From NCBI GenBank assembly GCA_030141605.1, contig JAQGDQ010000002.1, positions 3,044,942 through 3,108,941 of the forward strand: 64,000 nucleotides of DNA, written 5' to 3'. Below the pieces are notes generated by a model, which ran no database searches, had not been told where the DNA came from, and was given only the letters and a program-made list of their open reading frames with translations. The translations under genes were made by a program, and so were the position numbers. Below, piece after piece: positions 24,784 to 36,500 of this stretch (positions are counted from its first letter, which is position 1; each line of letters opens with the position of its first letter). Source of the stretch: Tubiluchus corallicola (lineage: Eukaryota; Animalia; Priapulida).

Positions 24784-26236
24784 ATTCCACTCGGTGCACT
24801 CATGCAGATGTTAACAAGCATATTTTTCAAATTCCAAGTTGTCCTTGAGATCGATACAGAAATTAATTTATGAAACATGAATTGCAAATAATGCAAATGT
24901 ATATCATGTGTGTCACCTTGGCCATAATATCTACAAACCTTTAACTCGGAGTATTTATATCAGAAATCAACCTAGTTTGTGATATCACTTTTTGCCCGTT
25001 ACCGTATCTCTGGTTTATGCCTTATAAACACCATCTGTTTCTTGCCATTTTTTACCTTCCCGCAATGTTTAAACTCAGCACACTGTGTTAATTTTCTATT
25101 CGTCATTTTAGATTAAAATACACGAGCGGTTTTACCCATTTATTACAAAATTATAAGCTGCCCACCCCTTTATCGACAATAGATTAGTCCTGTAGAAGCC
25201 ACGAGAACAGCGCCTGGCACAGTAGTCACGTGACATAGTAGATACTAAATCGGTTGATCAGTGAAAGTCGGTGAAAGTGCGAATTGGGCGCATGCGTCAG
25301 CTGTTCCCAATAGATGCCTGGTACTAATACAAGAATAAGGAGAATATAGATTTGTATCCTAGGTGAAACTGTCCTTAACAAATGTAGGGCGCCATGAAAG
25401 AGCGGTTCGAGTGATGTTATGAGAAGCATTCAGATTTTTTGTGCCGTGGAGAACTCAGTTAGTGCGTGGCGTTAGTTTTTGTGTGAAAAGCATTGTTAAG
25501 TATAGCGCTTTTTGATACAGACCTATTCGAGATAAATTACACTATTTAGCAAAGAGTTTTATTTGTTTTAATCAGTTATTCTTATAATAAAGGATGAGAT
25601 TTTAAATAAAATCATTTTAAGTAAGGGTATAAAATTATAGTTTCCCCTTTGTTGTCTGCAGATGGTGCTGAGTGATTTGCAGCATTTACTACACCAAGGT
25701 GTGTGGATAACTAATATTGCCTTCTATAGCACTGCTGTTGAGCAAGTAGTTATAGAGTATCTTTATATTAAAAATACTTTAAAACAAAGATTTTTACTTA
25801 TTCTGTGGGCACAATTAATGAATAATCGGTTTATAAAGCTATTTAATACGCATCTTTTCAACAAGTGACTTCTACTCATCCTATATTTATCACCAATTTG
25901 AAACGATAATAAATTCTTAGAGTTTTAGCAGTGCAAACCAGTTGTCAGCAACAGATTAAATGGAATTGAATACAAGAAAGAAGAAAGCGGGTGGTGTTGA
26001 AATAGAGTTGGAATAAATAAGTGCAACCAGGAACTGATACATATCTGTCGCCTCTATGCATACGACTCAGTGTTTGAAACAATTTTATGGACGAAACGGC
26101 ATTCGGCAATGGAACTCAAAAGACGTCGCACGTACGAGTGTATCAATCATTGAATTTGAAGAAGTTTCGAGCCTAACAGCATGCTAAGCATGTTTCCACC
26201 ACTGTGTCAACTCCTGGAACAACTTAATGCAATGTG

Positions 26237-28733
26237 ATGACTAACATCAGCTCGGTACAGATCTGCGAGTCAGAACTGACCGACAAAGACACAGAGGACA
26301 TCATAGATGTGTTGAACCAGAACACTCTGCAGATATTGTCATTGCGAGATAGTCATGTCAATCTGGAACAGTTCAAGAGGTTAGCAAGAGCAGCAGGGTG
26401 CTGCAGTTCCATTAGAGAGCTGTACTTTAGTACAGGAATAGTAACTGACATTCAAAGACTCAGGCTTTTGTGCACATGTCTTACAGAAAATGCATCTGTT
26501 AAAGTTTTAATGTAAGTTTTTTTTTGAAAATTTTCTTATTCTCAGGTGGCACAAAAATGCGCCAAACTTTTGATCACAAAATTATAAGGTTCACAATACG
26601 GAATCAAATGAAAATTGCCAACGATGTTACAGCACTTACGTATAAATGCATAAAAATTCCAAAAACACAGAAGTTTTAAAACAAGTCAAAAAAATAAATA
26701 CTGAAAAAAAACGTTTGTGTGTCACTATTGCTAAAATTTACAGCAAGTGCTCTACGTGTCCACGATTTTCATTGCAAACTAGATGAAGGCATTTCTTCCA
26801 ACACCTGACACAGTTTCTCACATAAGGTGTATTTGATCCCAGTACTCAGCAAGTTTTTGTTTTGGTTCCTCTGCATCAAATGTATTTCTGCAGGCATCGT
26901 ACACTTTTTCTCTAAGGGAATGCCAAATACCACTATCTGCAGGGTTAAATTCCACTCTTTTCTAGGGAACAAATCTCTATCAGTGCTTTATTTTGTGTGC
27001 AAGAGAATTTTAAATTTCACAAGACATAGTTCAAATGAAAATTGGATTTCTGTGCAATACTGCACACGGGCTTGGGTTGTACCGTTAGTTGATATTTGTG
27101 AATGGCCAGGATGGTACCTTGGGGATGCCAGTTATAGAAATGAATACACGTGCTTGATCGAGATGCACACACACTGCCTATTTCACTAAACAGCCGGGAT
27201 GGTAATTACTTCATCATCAAAACATCGACCAGTGACTGTTCTGCAGTTTATGATTAGCTGGCATTGTTCAGGCATTTAGTTTTTTAACATACGACAGCTT
27301 TCCGGTCATATCTTGAAAACCATTAAACTATGCGCATGTAAGTTTTGCAGCCAAAAGTTAATGTATTTTAATATCATGCTGTGAAATTTCAATTTTGTAT
27401 GGCACTTGCAAATAATATCATAGTAGTCTGAACTTCAGCACATTTTTTCTGTGCCACCCAATATTAATACTCTCCATGATACCTTCCAGAGTATGTTTTT
27501 AATTGCCTTTAGCTTTTAACTTTTTCATGCTAATACCAATAGAAAAACGTTATGTAATATTAGTAAATGTTAATTTTGAAGCCTTAAACTGCTTCGATTT
27601 TTGCCCCATCAGACACCCAAACATAGTGTCAACTATTGCGTTTAATGGACAGCTGATTAGATCTAGGCAAATCAAGATTGAGGTGCTCCTAGAACAATAC
27701 TCTAAAATTGATTAGTTGACAGACAAATTTAGAAAACTCATTAAATCACAAGTTTCTTGCTACCTGTTCATATGCAAATTTTTTATGTTCAGTTATCTGT
27801 GGCAATAAACTGGCCAGCTTTCAATGTCCATGTATTTTCAAGGGCAAGTGCGTCAAAATAGAAAAGTTACATTGCAACTCATGCAAACAGTGCATCAACT
27901 TAACTTTTATTGAACACTCTAGACTTGAACATCATCCACTGAGTGAAGGGGAGGCTCTGTTACTTTTCGATGCTCTGAAGATACACCCACCATTGACTTC
28001 GCTTTCACTTATGGATTGTGACCTGACTGATACAGCCATTGCTGGAATACTGAACACACTCAGATGGAGAAATTGTCTTCCTGGTACGTACATGCATTAA
28101 AAATATGACCTATATTTGAAAATGCTTAGAGGACAACCATGAAATGTTTCAAATAGTTTCAAAGTCAGAAAAGTTAAACACATCGAATACTTACTGTTAA
28201 GCTCATTCGTATTGTAGCTTTGTCTTATACATGAACAACATTCTTTTTTATTCGTAATAAGGATTCTGTTTCAGGATTGGTGAAACTAAATCTGTGCAAA
28301 AATCCACGCATCACTCAGCAGGGATGGGAACACCTGGCAACTGGAATCTCATGTGGGACAGATCTCCAGAAGTTAAACATATCCAACAACAATATTGGCG
28401 ATCGTGGTGCCATTGCCTTGTGTGTGGCAATTGCAGGAAACAGAACACTGGAGTACATTGCTGTAGAAAGCAGTTGCATATCAGAAAAAGGTGGAAAGGT
28501 GAGAAAAATGTCTTTAATTTTGGGTACATGGAAATATCATTTTAATTGTGAAAATAGAAAGCCTTCTGAATGACATACGAGTAATAATTTTTATGTATTT
28601 TCAGGCATTCTTGAAACTATTGGAACTTTTTCCATACCGGCTTCGGGAGTTGAGGCTGGCTGACAACCATATCGGTAAGATGCTGATGATGCAGATAAGT
28701 TCCAATTTATTGGCGCCACCTATTGCCAAGTAA
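26237..28733 (+). CDS. LRRC73: Leucine-rich repeat (RNI-like) protein, LRRC73-like, 4 exons, ~262 aa
   Basis: Exons 26237-26511, 27923-28083, 28275-28498, 28605-28733 in phase. Colinear with recalled LRRC73: SSVQI start, LSLR, GIV, HPPLTSLSLMDCDL, LNLCKNPRITQQGW, NRTLEY, FPYRLRELRLADNHI. Confidence 0.82.
26543..27460 (-). mobile_element. Decayed Tc1/mariner-superfamily DNA transposon in LRR-gene intron 1
   Basis: Termini GGTGGCACA(A/G)AAA / TTTCTGTGCCACC; minus strand retains EFNPADSGIWHSLREKVY (SPDLNPxD..W..LK.KVY-like) near 26960-26895 and C-terminal RGHVEHLL* near 26765; reading frame broken. Confidence 0.78.
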
Positions 28734-29782
28734 TAAAAAATACAGATGCATGCTTTTGAGTAAAAGAAGTTGTCTCAACAATATTCACATGTACACCTTG
28801 TTGTTCTTGGATGTAGTATGCTAGATGTCACTACGGAAAGTTGGTAATAAAATGTTAAAATTAAGTACAAGTTGTAAAGAAGTAGAAACCTTCTGTACAC
28901 CTATTATAGGAATAATACAAAAACTTAAATAAATAACAAACCACAGATGTTTTCTAATAGCTTATATTATGTTGACCTTATAGCTGTCAGATTTAAAGAT
29001 GTTTTTCATTACTATGACGATCAATAAATAATATGGACACATAAACACCTGACATACCATTATTTGAGCTGTTCATGTACATGGAGAATTGGATATGCAA
29101 AATTTCATGCATTTGCTCACTCGTTTTTACAAATTATGAGCGTTATTGTTGCACACACGAGGCACCACGTGAGAAAGGTTATCATATAGTTGGATACAAA
29201 TAATGTTAATTCCACTGTTTGTTCTATAGTGAAAATATTGAAGGAACACCCTGCAAGCAATGTAGAAAATATGCTTTCTACATGTTGAGCTTCAGGTTTC
29301 AGGACCAATTAGTTTCATCTTTAAAAAGCAAAATGTATTGAAAATTTTTGCTTATTTTGAAAATTCTTACTTTCAAAAAGAATTTCTGAGGTTGCTCTAA
29401 GCTCGTACTATTCATGGTCTGAATGAAAATGCATTGAAAGGAAAATGTGCAAAATTCGAATAGGGTAATTGACTTTTAAGTATTTAGCCAGTATTTGACT
29501 GCTAACAAAGTTTGGGTTAATGAACTGAACATTTATAATTGAAAGCGCTTGCAAATGGAACAAGCATGCAGATTTTCGAAAAGGTTAATTATTTCTAAGT
29601 TATTTTGACAATATATTTTATCGCTAATGTATCACCAGATGATACTGATTAGAGTTTAAAAATCTTAAAAAATGTTCACACAGAATTCCATTGCTTATAA
29701 ATAAATAGCTGTATTTTAATAAGCAAAAAGTATCAAAATGTTCTACAGGAAATGACAATCACAGTGCACTATGAAAATTGTG

Positions 29783-29877
29783 ACAGATAAGATTTCTTTT
29801 CACTCATAATAATTCAGATCTGCTTTCTCAAACATTTCAAAAACAATCGTCATTAGTCGTGAGGAAATCACATCTGT
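29783..29877 (-). promoter_or_regulatory. SECIS element (type I) in SELENON 3' UTR
   Basis: Minus strand: CTCACGACTA ATGAC GATTGTTTTT GAAATGTTTG AGAAAGCAGATC TGAA TTATTATGAG. AUGAC/UGAA non-Watson-Crick core, ~10-bp helix II, unpaired AAA 11 nt after the core, lower helices CTCA/TGAG, GATTTC/GAAATC, ACAGAT/ATCTGT; ATTAAA just downstream (29720-29715). Confidence 0.85.
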
Positions 29878-30556
29878 ACAATAATATTGCTGTTGGTGTA
29901 AACACAATGTGATACAGAAAATGATGAGCGTGGATATCATAATTCTTATGTAAGCTTATTATTACGCAGCTTCACCATGTATATATACAGTACACTACAC
30001 ACCTACATTCTGTTTGGTTTACAAATATACACTCATGTAAGTTTTTTTTAATGAAAAACTGAATTAACTGTTTTGTGTAATGTGTTAACAGCACTTTTTC
30101 GATTTATCACAGTCTGTAATCTAGCCTCAGTTATCACAATATAAGTTTAACTATCACTGATTGGTCTTAGACAAAATTATATAAAACTTCCAGTACAGCT
30201 GCTCTTTTAGTTATTCAAACTTCTTTCTTATAAAAATACGAAAAAATAAGTAAAGGTATGTAAAATATGTAAAACATAATTTAAATCACAAATATATGAT
30301 TCCTGTGCAAAATAGCATTTTTGTTACAGTTTAAATGAAAACGTTTGCCCAAAATTCTACACAAATACTTACAATCTCTGTGCACTGTAATTTTTTATAC
30401 TGCGAAAAATCTAATCTATCTATTACTTTGGCATATATTAAAAACAAATGAAATCAACCAAACCTTGCAACAATTCAATCATGAATCAGCTTATGAAAAT
30501 AGCAGTCCTTCTGATAATGCAATCTGGAACCTAATGCTTCAGTTAGGGCTTCCTAA

Positions 30557-33500
30557 CTACGGGTACTGTTCTGACGACACATTTGCTTTAGCTAGGGCTT
30601 CCTTGAGAAATGAGAGATAAGCTGCAGTGACTGGGTCTTGAAATCTAAAAACAAGAAAAAACATTTAAAGACCAGTTAGTACATATAGACTTACATGGTA
30701 TTTAAGGCACTAAAACTAGAATTTTAACATGAAAATAATAATTTGTGTAAATGATAAGGATCAAGTGTCTCTTGCTGATCAATGCTGTACAGCTCAAATA
30801 CATTGTTCAAGTTCACATCAAAAAGACTTCAGGCAAAGCACACTTGAAAAAATGAGCAATACTTTTTAAGCTAGGAGAAGACCATTAATATAGCTCAGTA
30901 CATTTCTCTGGAAAGTTTGAATCATTTTACAGCTAGTCCCAGAAAACAACAAACAGTCACTTGTCAGATAGTCTGATGATTTACTTGGTTAAGCTACATT
31001 AATGGGCTGATACTTCTCAAGCTCACAGCTTACATTAGTTACCTGAAAGTCGCAACTATCTATAAAAATGACAAACCAATTTTTGAAGTATCATTTAATT
31101 ATTTATGTCTTTTGTAAAGACAACTGAAAGAAAAAACTTAGCTATTTACTAATGCAACTATACAATTGATGATTAAATAAAAGACCAAAACCATAAAAAA
31201 AGTGATGTCACTGCCCTCAAGTGGTGAAGCCACCTCTCCATGAGAATAATACTGAGCCATAACTATGCGGCATTAACTTCTACCCTGACTTACAAATTCT
31301 CACAACTGCGCAAGTTTGTGCTTTCACTAGTCTGTACATTCCGATTTTAAATACCATAATTAAATTTATGCACTCAGCATCACTTCTCATTAAAGATAAA
31401 AATAATATTCAGAATAATGAAACAGAAATAGGAAATATGTCTCAGTGGATAAGAAAGGAAGTGATCAGAATTTACTAACATAGTGAGAAAACTGCTATTC
31501 ATTTCTGCTTCATCCAGCAAGTCATTAGCATTTATGTGATGCAAAACAGTTCCATTAGGTGTCAGCACTATAGTTTCTACAGGAAACTTGTATGCCCTGA
31601 GCATGGCTGCTGCCACTACACTGATAGCAGAAGTATTATCTTCACGGATGTAAGTCTGAAAATACAAAGCAATGTTGTATTATATAAAACAAAATGGATA
31701 ACAAGATCCAAAGTGAAATGAAACTAAAAGCTGGTAAACTTTTTAAAAAAATGCAATGCAGACTTTAGACATACCCGTAAATGATAACACTCTTGTGTTA
31801 TCATTTACACAAGAAAGTTGAAATTTGAAAAAAAAATTAGAAGCAAAATTAAAGTTAAATAAGTAGATTTAGATGTAGTAGACAATACTTATAAAAATTA
31901 GGCTAAAGACTGAATACAAATAAGCTTAAAGAACTGCACCAGAAATATGAGTGTTTCAATGCTAGTTTAGAATAGAATTTAATTTAACAATTTAAAAGCG
32001 AACGTGTTGTACAAATGCTTTCTACTTCCGAGTAAAAATGAACCCATTGGCTATAGATATTAGATAGTTCTACATTTTTAAGCTTAAAACACACATTAAA
32101 CAAACCTCCAGTTCAGCAACTAATGACCATGAGCTGACAAATGATTCTTTTAGAATGTTAATTACGGGCGGACTAGCGAGAGCAACATCACGCAAAGTCC
32201 GCCCACTTCCTCAGCATGACTGGTCATCTAGCGCACCCCACAACAACACGAAGTGAATGAGTTGATGGCTAGATACATGTTCGAGAGCTTCTTCTAATGA
32301 ATAGTATTTAATCTGAAATGTGAAAATTCAATTAAAACAAAACAAAAATGGTTGTCTTGTGAAACTCTGAACAAATATCTAGGAAATAAGATTAAATTTA
32401 AATCTAGTTAGTTATGTTAGCTTTAAATACTTTTACCCTTTCAGTGAAGTAGATGTATCAACTTTTCCTGTTTATCTTATTGAGTCCATTAAGTTTTCAT
32501 AAAGCTAATTTTATCAACAGACTAGTAATCATTTGCAAGATTGTCTTTTTAATAAAATTTGTATTTTCATAGAAAAATTAGTTATCAATTTAACACATTA
32601 AACTTTTTTTGACAACAGCTCGAGTTGCTTTTCAAACAGTCTGGAGGTCACAAATCTAATTTTGAGCAACTTTCCTTCAGGCTAAAACGATTTAAGTCAT
32701 CTCTTGCAACAAACAGTCGGATTCTACAAAGTGCTTCGATGTTTAGCTGTTCTTCTTTGGAGTGATGATCACAGTCAAGAAATAATGGTGTATGCTTGAC
32801 TGCAAAGTCAAGCATTGCCAAGTTTTTTTTGCTTATTGGATAAGCGACCACAAGAAATACTAATGTGTATGGTAGTCCAAGTATTTTTATCACTCAGAGA
32901 GAGTCTTTACACACCCAACATGGTCAAGGCATAACATATCTGCCAGTCAGCAAGTTCATTGTCTGATTTCAGGAAATATGATTGATAAAAACTAGATTCT
33001 AGTTCTGCAACACTATTAACAATTAATAGTAGACCTGGTGCTTTTAGTGCCAGATACAGAACTGCATTAAAATTATTTGTGTGCCCACTCGAAATGCAGG
33101 TTGATTAAATGGCCTGCAACAAGATGTTATTTTTCTGGCTAGAATACCTTGCAAATCTGTTACTAAAAAATTTGAGTTGCATCACCTCATAAGCTTTAAT
33201 GAAAGAGTAAGACCAAACAAACAAATCGACTCACCATACAATTACTCAGTTATGCCTGGCAACCATTGAGCACTTACCTATATACCTACATTTTGTACTC
33301 TGACGGTGCTTGCACTCATGCTCTTATTATATAAAATGCAATTATAATTGATACATCTACAAACTACAAATTTTGACAAAATTTCAAGGACTCGTTCATT
33401 CCACTGAGAGCACAAACACAAGTTTGATTAATTGTAAGACTGTATAATGTTGTCAAAGATAATAACTGTTGTACTGGCCTTGCAAAAAATTGAAAAAATA

Positions 33501-36500
33501 GATCATTTGTAGATGGTGCTTGCCCCACTCCAGCTGAAAACTAATTGACATGGACACCTTTTTTGGACAGTTGAGGTTGTGCTGACGTACTTGATTAAAA
33601 TGGAAAGTAAAAACTTTCCATATTTTTTGTGCAATGTGTTTTAACACTTAAAACCTATTAGACATCATTTGCCATCCTAAGTAAACAAATGCAGATGGGC
33701 GTCTAGGAAAGTCTTTAAATTTTGTACATCATTTTAAGCACTTGAATAAATTGTAAAATCTCTTGTCTAACCATCGAAAAACAAGGCGAAAAGATTTTCT
33801 ATGCTGCCTCCGAGAACGCGAGTAGAAAACGTTATGTAGTTTTTTGCAATATGCTCAAAAAATGTTATTCTTCAGTAGCTAAATTCCACAAAATGCATAC
33901 TGTTTTTTATATTTTTTGCAAATAGGTACTATATTAGTTGTTTCAATGCCACAGAGAAATTAGCTGAAACTTCAAAGCCAGGTGCTGTGCATTTTGTGTA
34001 ACTGTGAACCAGTTTTTGCAAATAACTTAGACTATCAATACACAGCTAACAATTATCATATAAATAAATCTATAGTGGGATTTGTAGGTCGTGAAAAGAT
34101 AAACAAAATGGCATAAAGTCTGTATGTTTAGCACATTCCCAAAAAAGTATACAAATGCTTAAAAGTGGGCATTTTTGCACTGTCATTGCAGAAATCCCTG
34201 TTTCTCAATGTCTAGCTTCTAAATATTAATTAAAGCTTTTAAAAACACTGATGAATATTTAATTGAATTTTTGTTTTGTCAGTGTGGTTGATGCAAACCG
34301 CCTAAAAAAAAATCTTGAAAACCAAACTCACTTCTTTAAATGGATACATATGAGCTGCCAACAGTTCTTTTGCCTCACTGAAAGTGATTTCCTTCTCCCA
34401 AACCAGTTTCTCTGCTTCCTTATGTTCCAATGGCACAAAGCGGTGGTCTTTTTTCACGCCATTCACCTCTTCGCAAGCAGGTGCAGATGGCGCGGTGGAG
34501 CGCAGCTCCATTTGGGCAAGAAAGCCAATGTCTACCTCCACGTTTTCGGAATCGCTAGGTCCATTAAGCCATTCCATATCTGCAAAAGGGAATTATCAAA
34601 ATACGTTACCACCGAAATTATGCCTTTCATTCACGATACACTACATAGACTTTTCAGACATATAGCCCTGTCACGATGATCAAAATTCAAAGATCATAAA
34701 ATAATGTGATGAAAAATGCACTATATAAACTCACCAACATTGAGTTGCCTGTCATTTGGAACAAACAAGTGAAAATCTAAGATTTTTGTGGAATCTCGAT
34801 TTAGCGTCACGTGACCTGTGAACTGCGCTGGAGTGAACCAGAAGGGATAATGAGGAAAATGATTGAGCTGGTATTCCGCATGAATTCTGAAATAAAGATC
34901 TGACATTTTGCGAAAATCTAAAAATTTCTGTCTACTTCTCCAAATTGAGTGAACATCAGTGTACCTTATTGGACATAATATTATATGACACATTGTTTAT
35001 GAATGAAGATAATGCTTGACATTGAACACTACTGGACAGAACACAAAAGATATTTTTTAACAGCAATTAATACTTGTCTACATGTTAGTTTTGAAATTGT
35101 TAGTATTTCATAGGCCAATGGAAAACGGCCAATTTTAGCACTTTATAAGTGATGAGTATAAAAGGTTAAGGATGTCATGAAGTTATGCCAGAACCAGAGC
35201 TTCGAAATCGAATCTGAATTGGAGCTTTGATTCGATTCACTGAAGTTCTTATGTCACTTTAGATACGACACAATTTTGCAAAGTTTAAAAAAAATCAGTT
35301 TAGCTTTGGCTGCAGCGGCAATTCAGTATCACTTATTACAAAAGCAATTATACGTTCTTTTACATTTAAGTTTTGTGGGGAAAATATTTAAATCGCAGGT
35401 TTTTTGATAATTTTCTCTTATTTGAAATAAGCAAATGTCGCATTATTTAGTTTCAGTAGGTATCCGTCTCATGAAATCCTACGCGAAAGCACGCACCACA
35501 TTACAATTTTAACTGCTAGTTTCAACAAAAATGCTAAGTGTTTAATATTGCAGAATAACTGTCAGTCGTGCTGCTTACTGCTCAGTCAGGCCATCTGCAA
35601 TCCTTTTTCATGAAAATCACTGCTGGCTGCCATAATTTGATTAAAAATTGCATAGATTTAGATTAGAATAAAATTGGGTTTAGAAACGAGTTTAAAAAAT
35701 CCAGATTTGAAGTTGATTCGGTTTCAAAAATTATTTTAAATTTTTCATCCCTACACCAAAGCAAGGGGTAAAATTGGTTGTACTATAAAGTGAGGTATTC
35801 TTTATCTCACATTTATCTGCAATACCGAGCACTTATTCAAAAATTTTTGAATCTAGATATATCGGGAAATATATGAAAGCTTAATTTTTAAATGATCGCG
35901 TCTGTATGCAGAGGAAATATGCAAACATATCTGAAAGTCGCCGAGATACCTCTGCTAGTTTAGTTCAAAGACAGCCTTATTAATCATTCATGTTTCAGTT
36001 TTACTATGACCATCCAATTTGAATAAAATTTGCATTTGAACTTTCATTAAAAAATTGCTACTCAAACAGTTTGCAATAAAAAAATTTAATTTGCATCAAC
36101 TCAGCCAACTCGAATCTAGTTATTCGTTTCACCTTCTACGTCTTACTTGTTGCCCATTACTATAATATTCACTACTTACCACTAAGTATTCAGTTGCATA
36201 CCTAAACACAACATCAATATACTGCTCACTTACAGCTCGTACTACTGCCATAGAGCCCTGTGGACTAAATCTAGTATATAAGAAGACATGGGGATGAAAC
36301 ATAGCAAGCAGTCTGTGTAACGTCACCTAAAATGAAGAAAGCCCTTTTTAGATGTTATCAGTACTAATTTGGTCTTTCATGCAGAGGCTTTCATTTTTTT
36401 GCCTTTTCTTTTATCGCGAATACATTCAGCAAAATAGTTCCGTAAAGATTAATAGAAGCATGTTATACAAATTAAATATTACAATTGTATGTTTGTTTGG

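Noticed and set aside
30440-30500. Alternative SECIS candidate close to the SELENON stop (ATGATTGAATTG...)
   Set aside because: No convincing helix II or correctly placed 3' GA; another candidate near 29320 also fails to pair.
32106-32312. SELENON as a pseudogene because of the internal TGA
   Set aside because: TGA aligns with the known Sec site, all exons stay in phase, and SRE and SECIS candidates are present.
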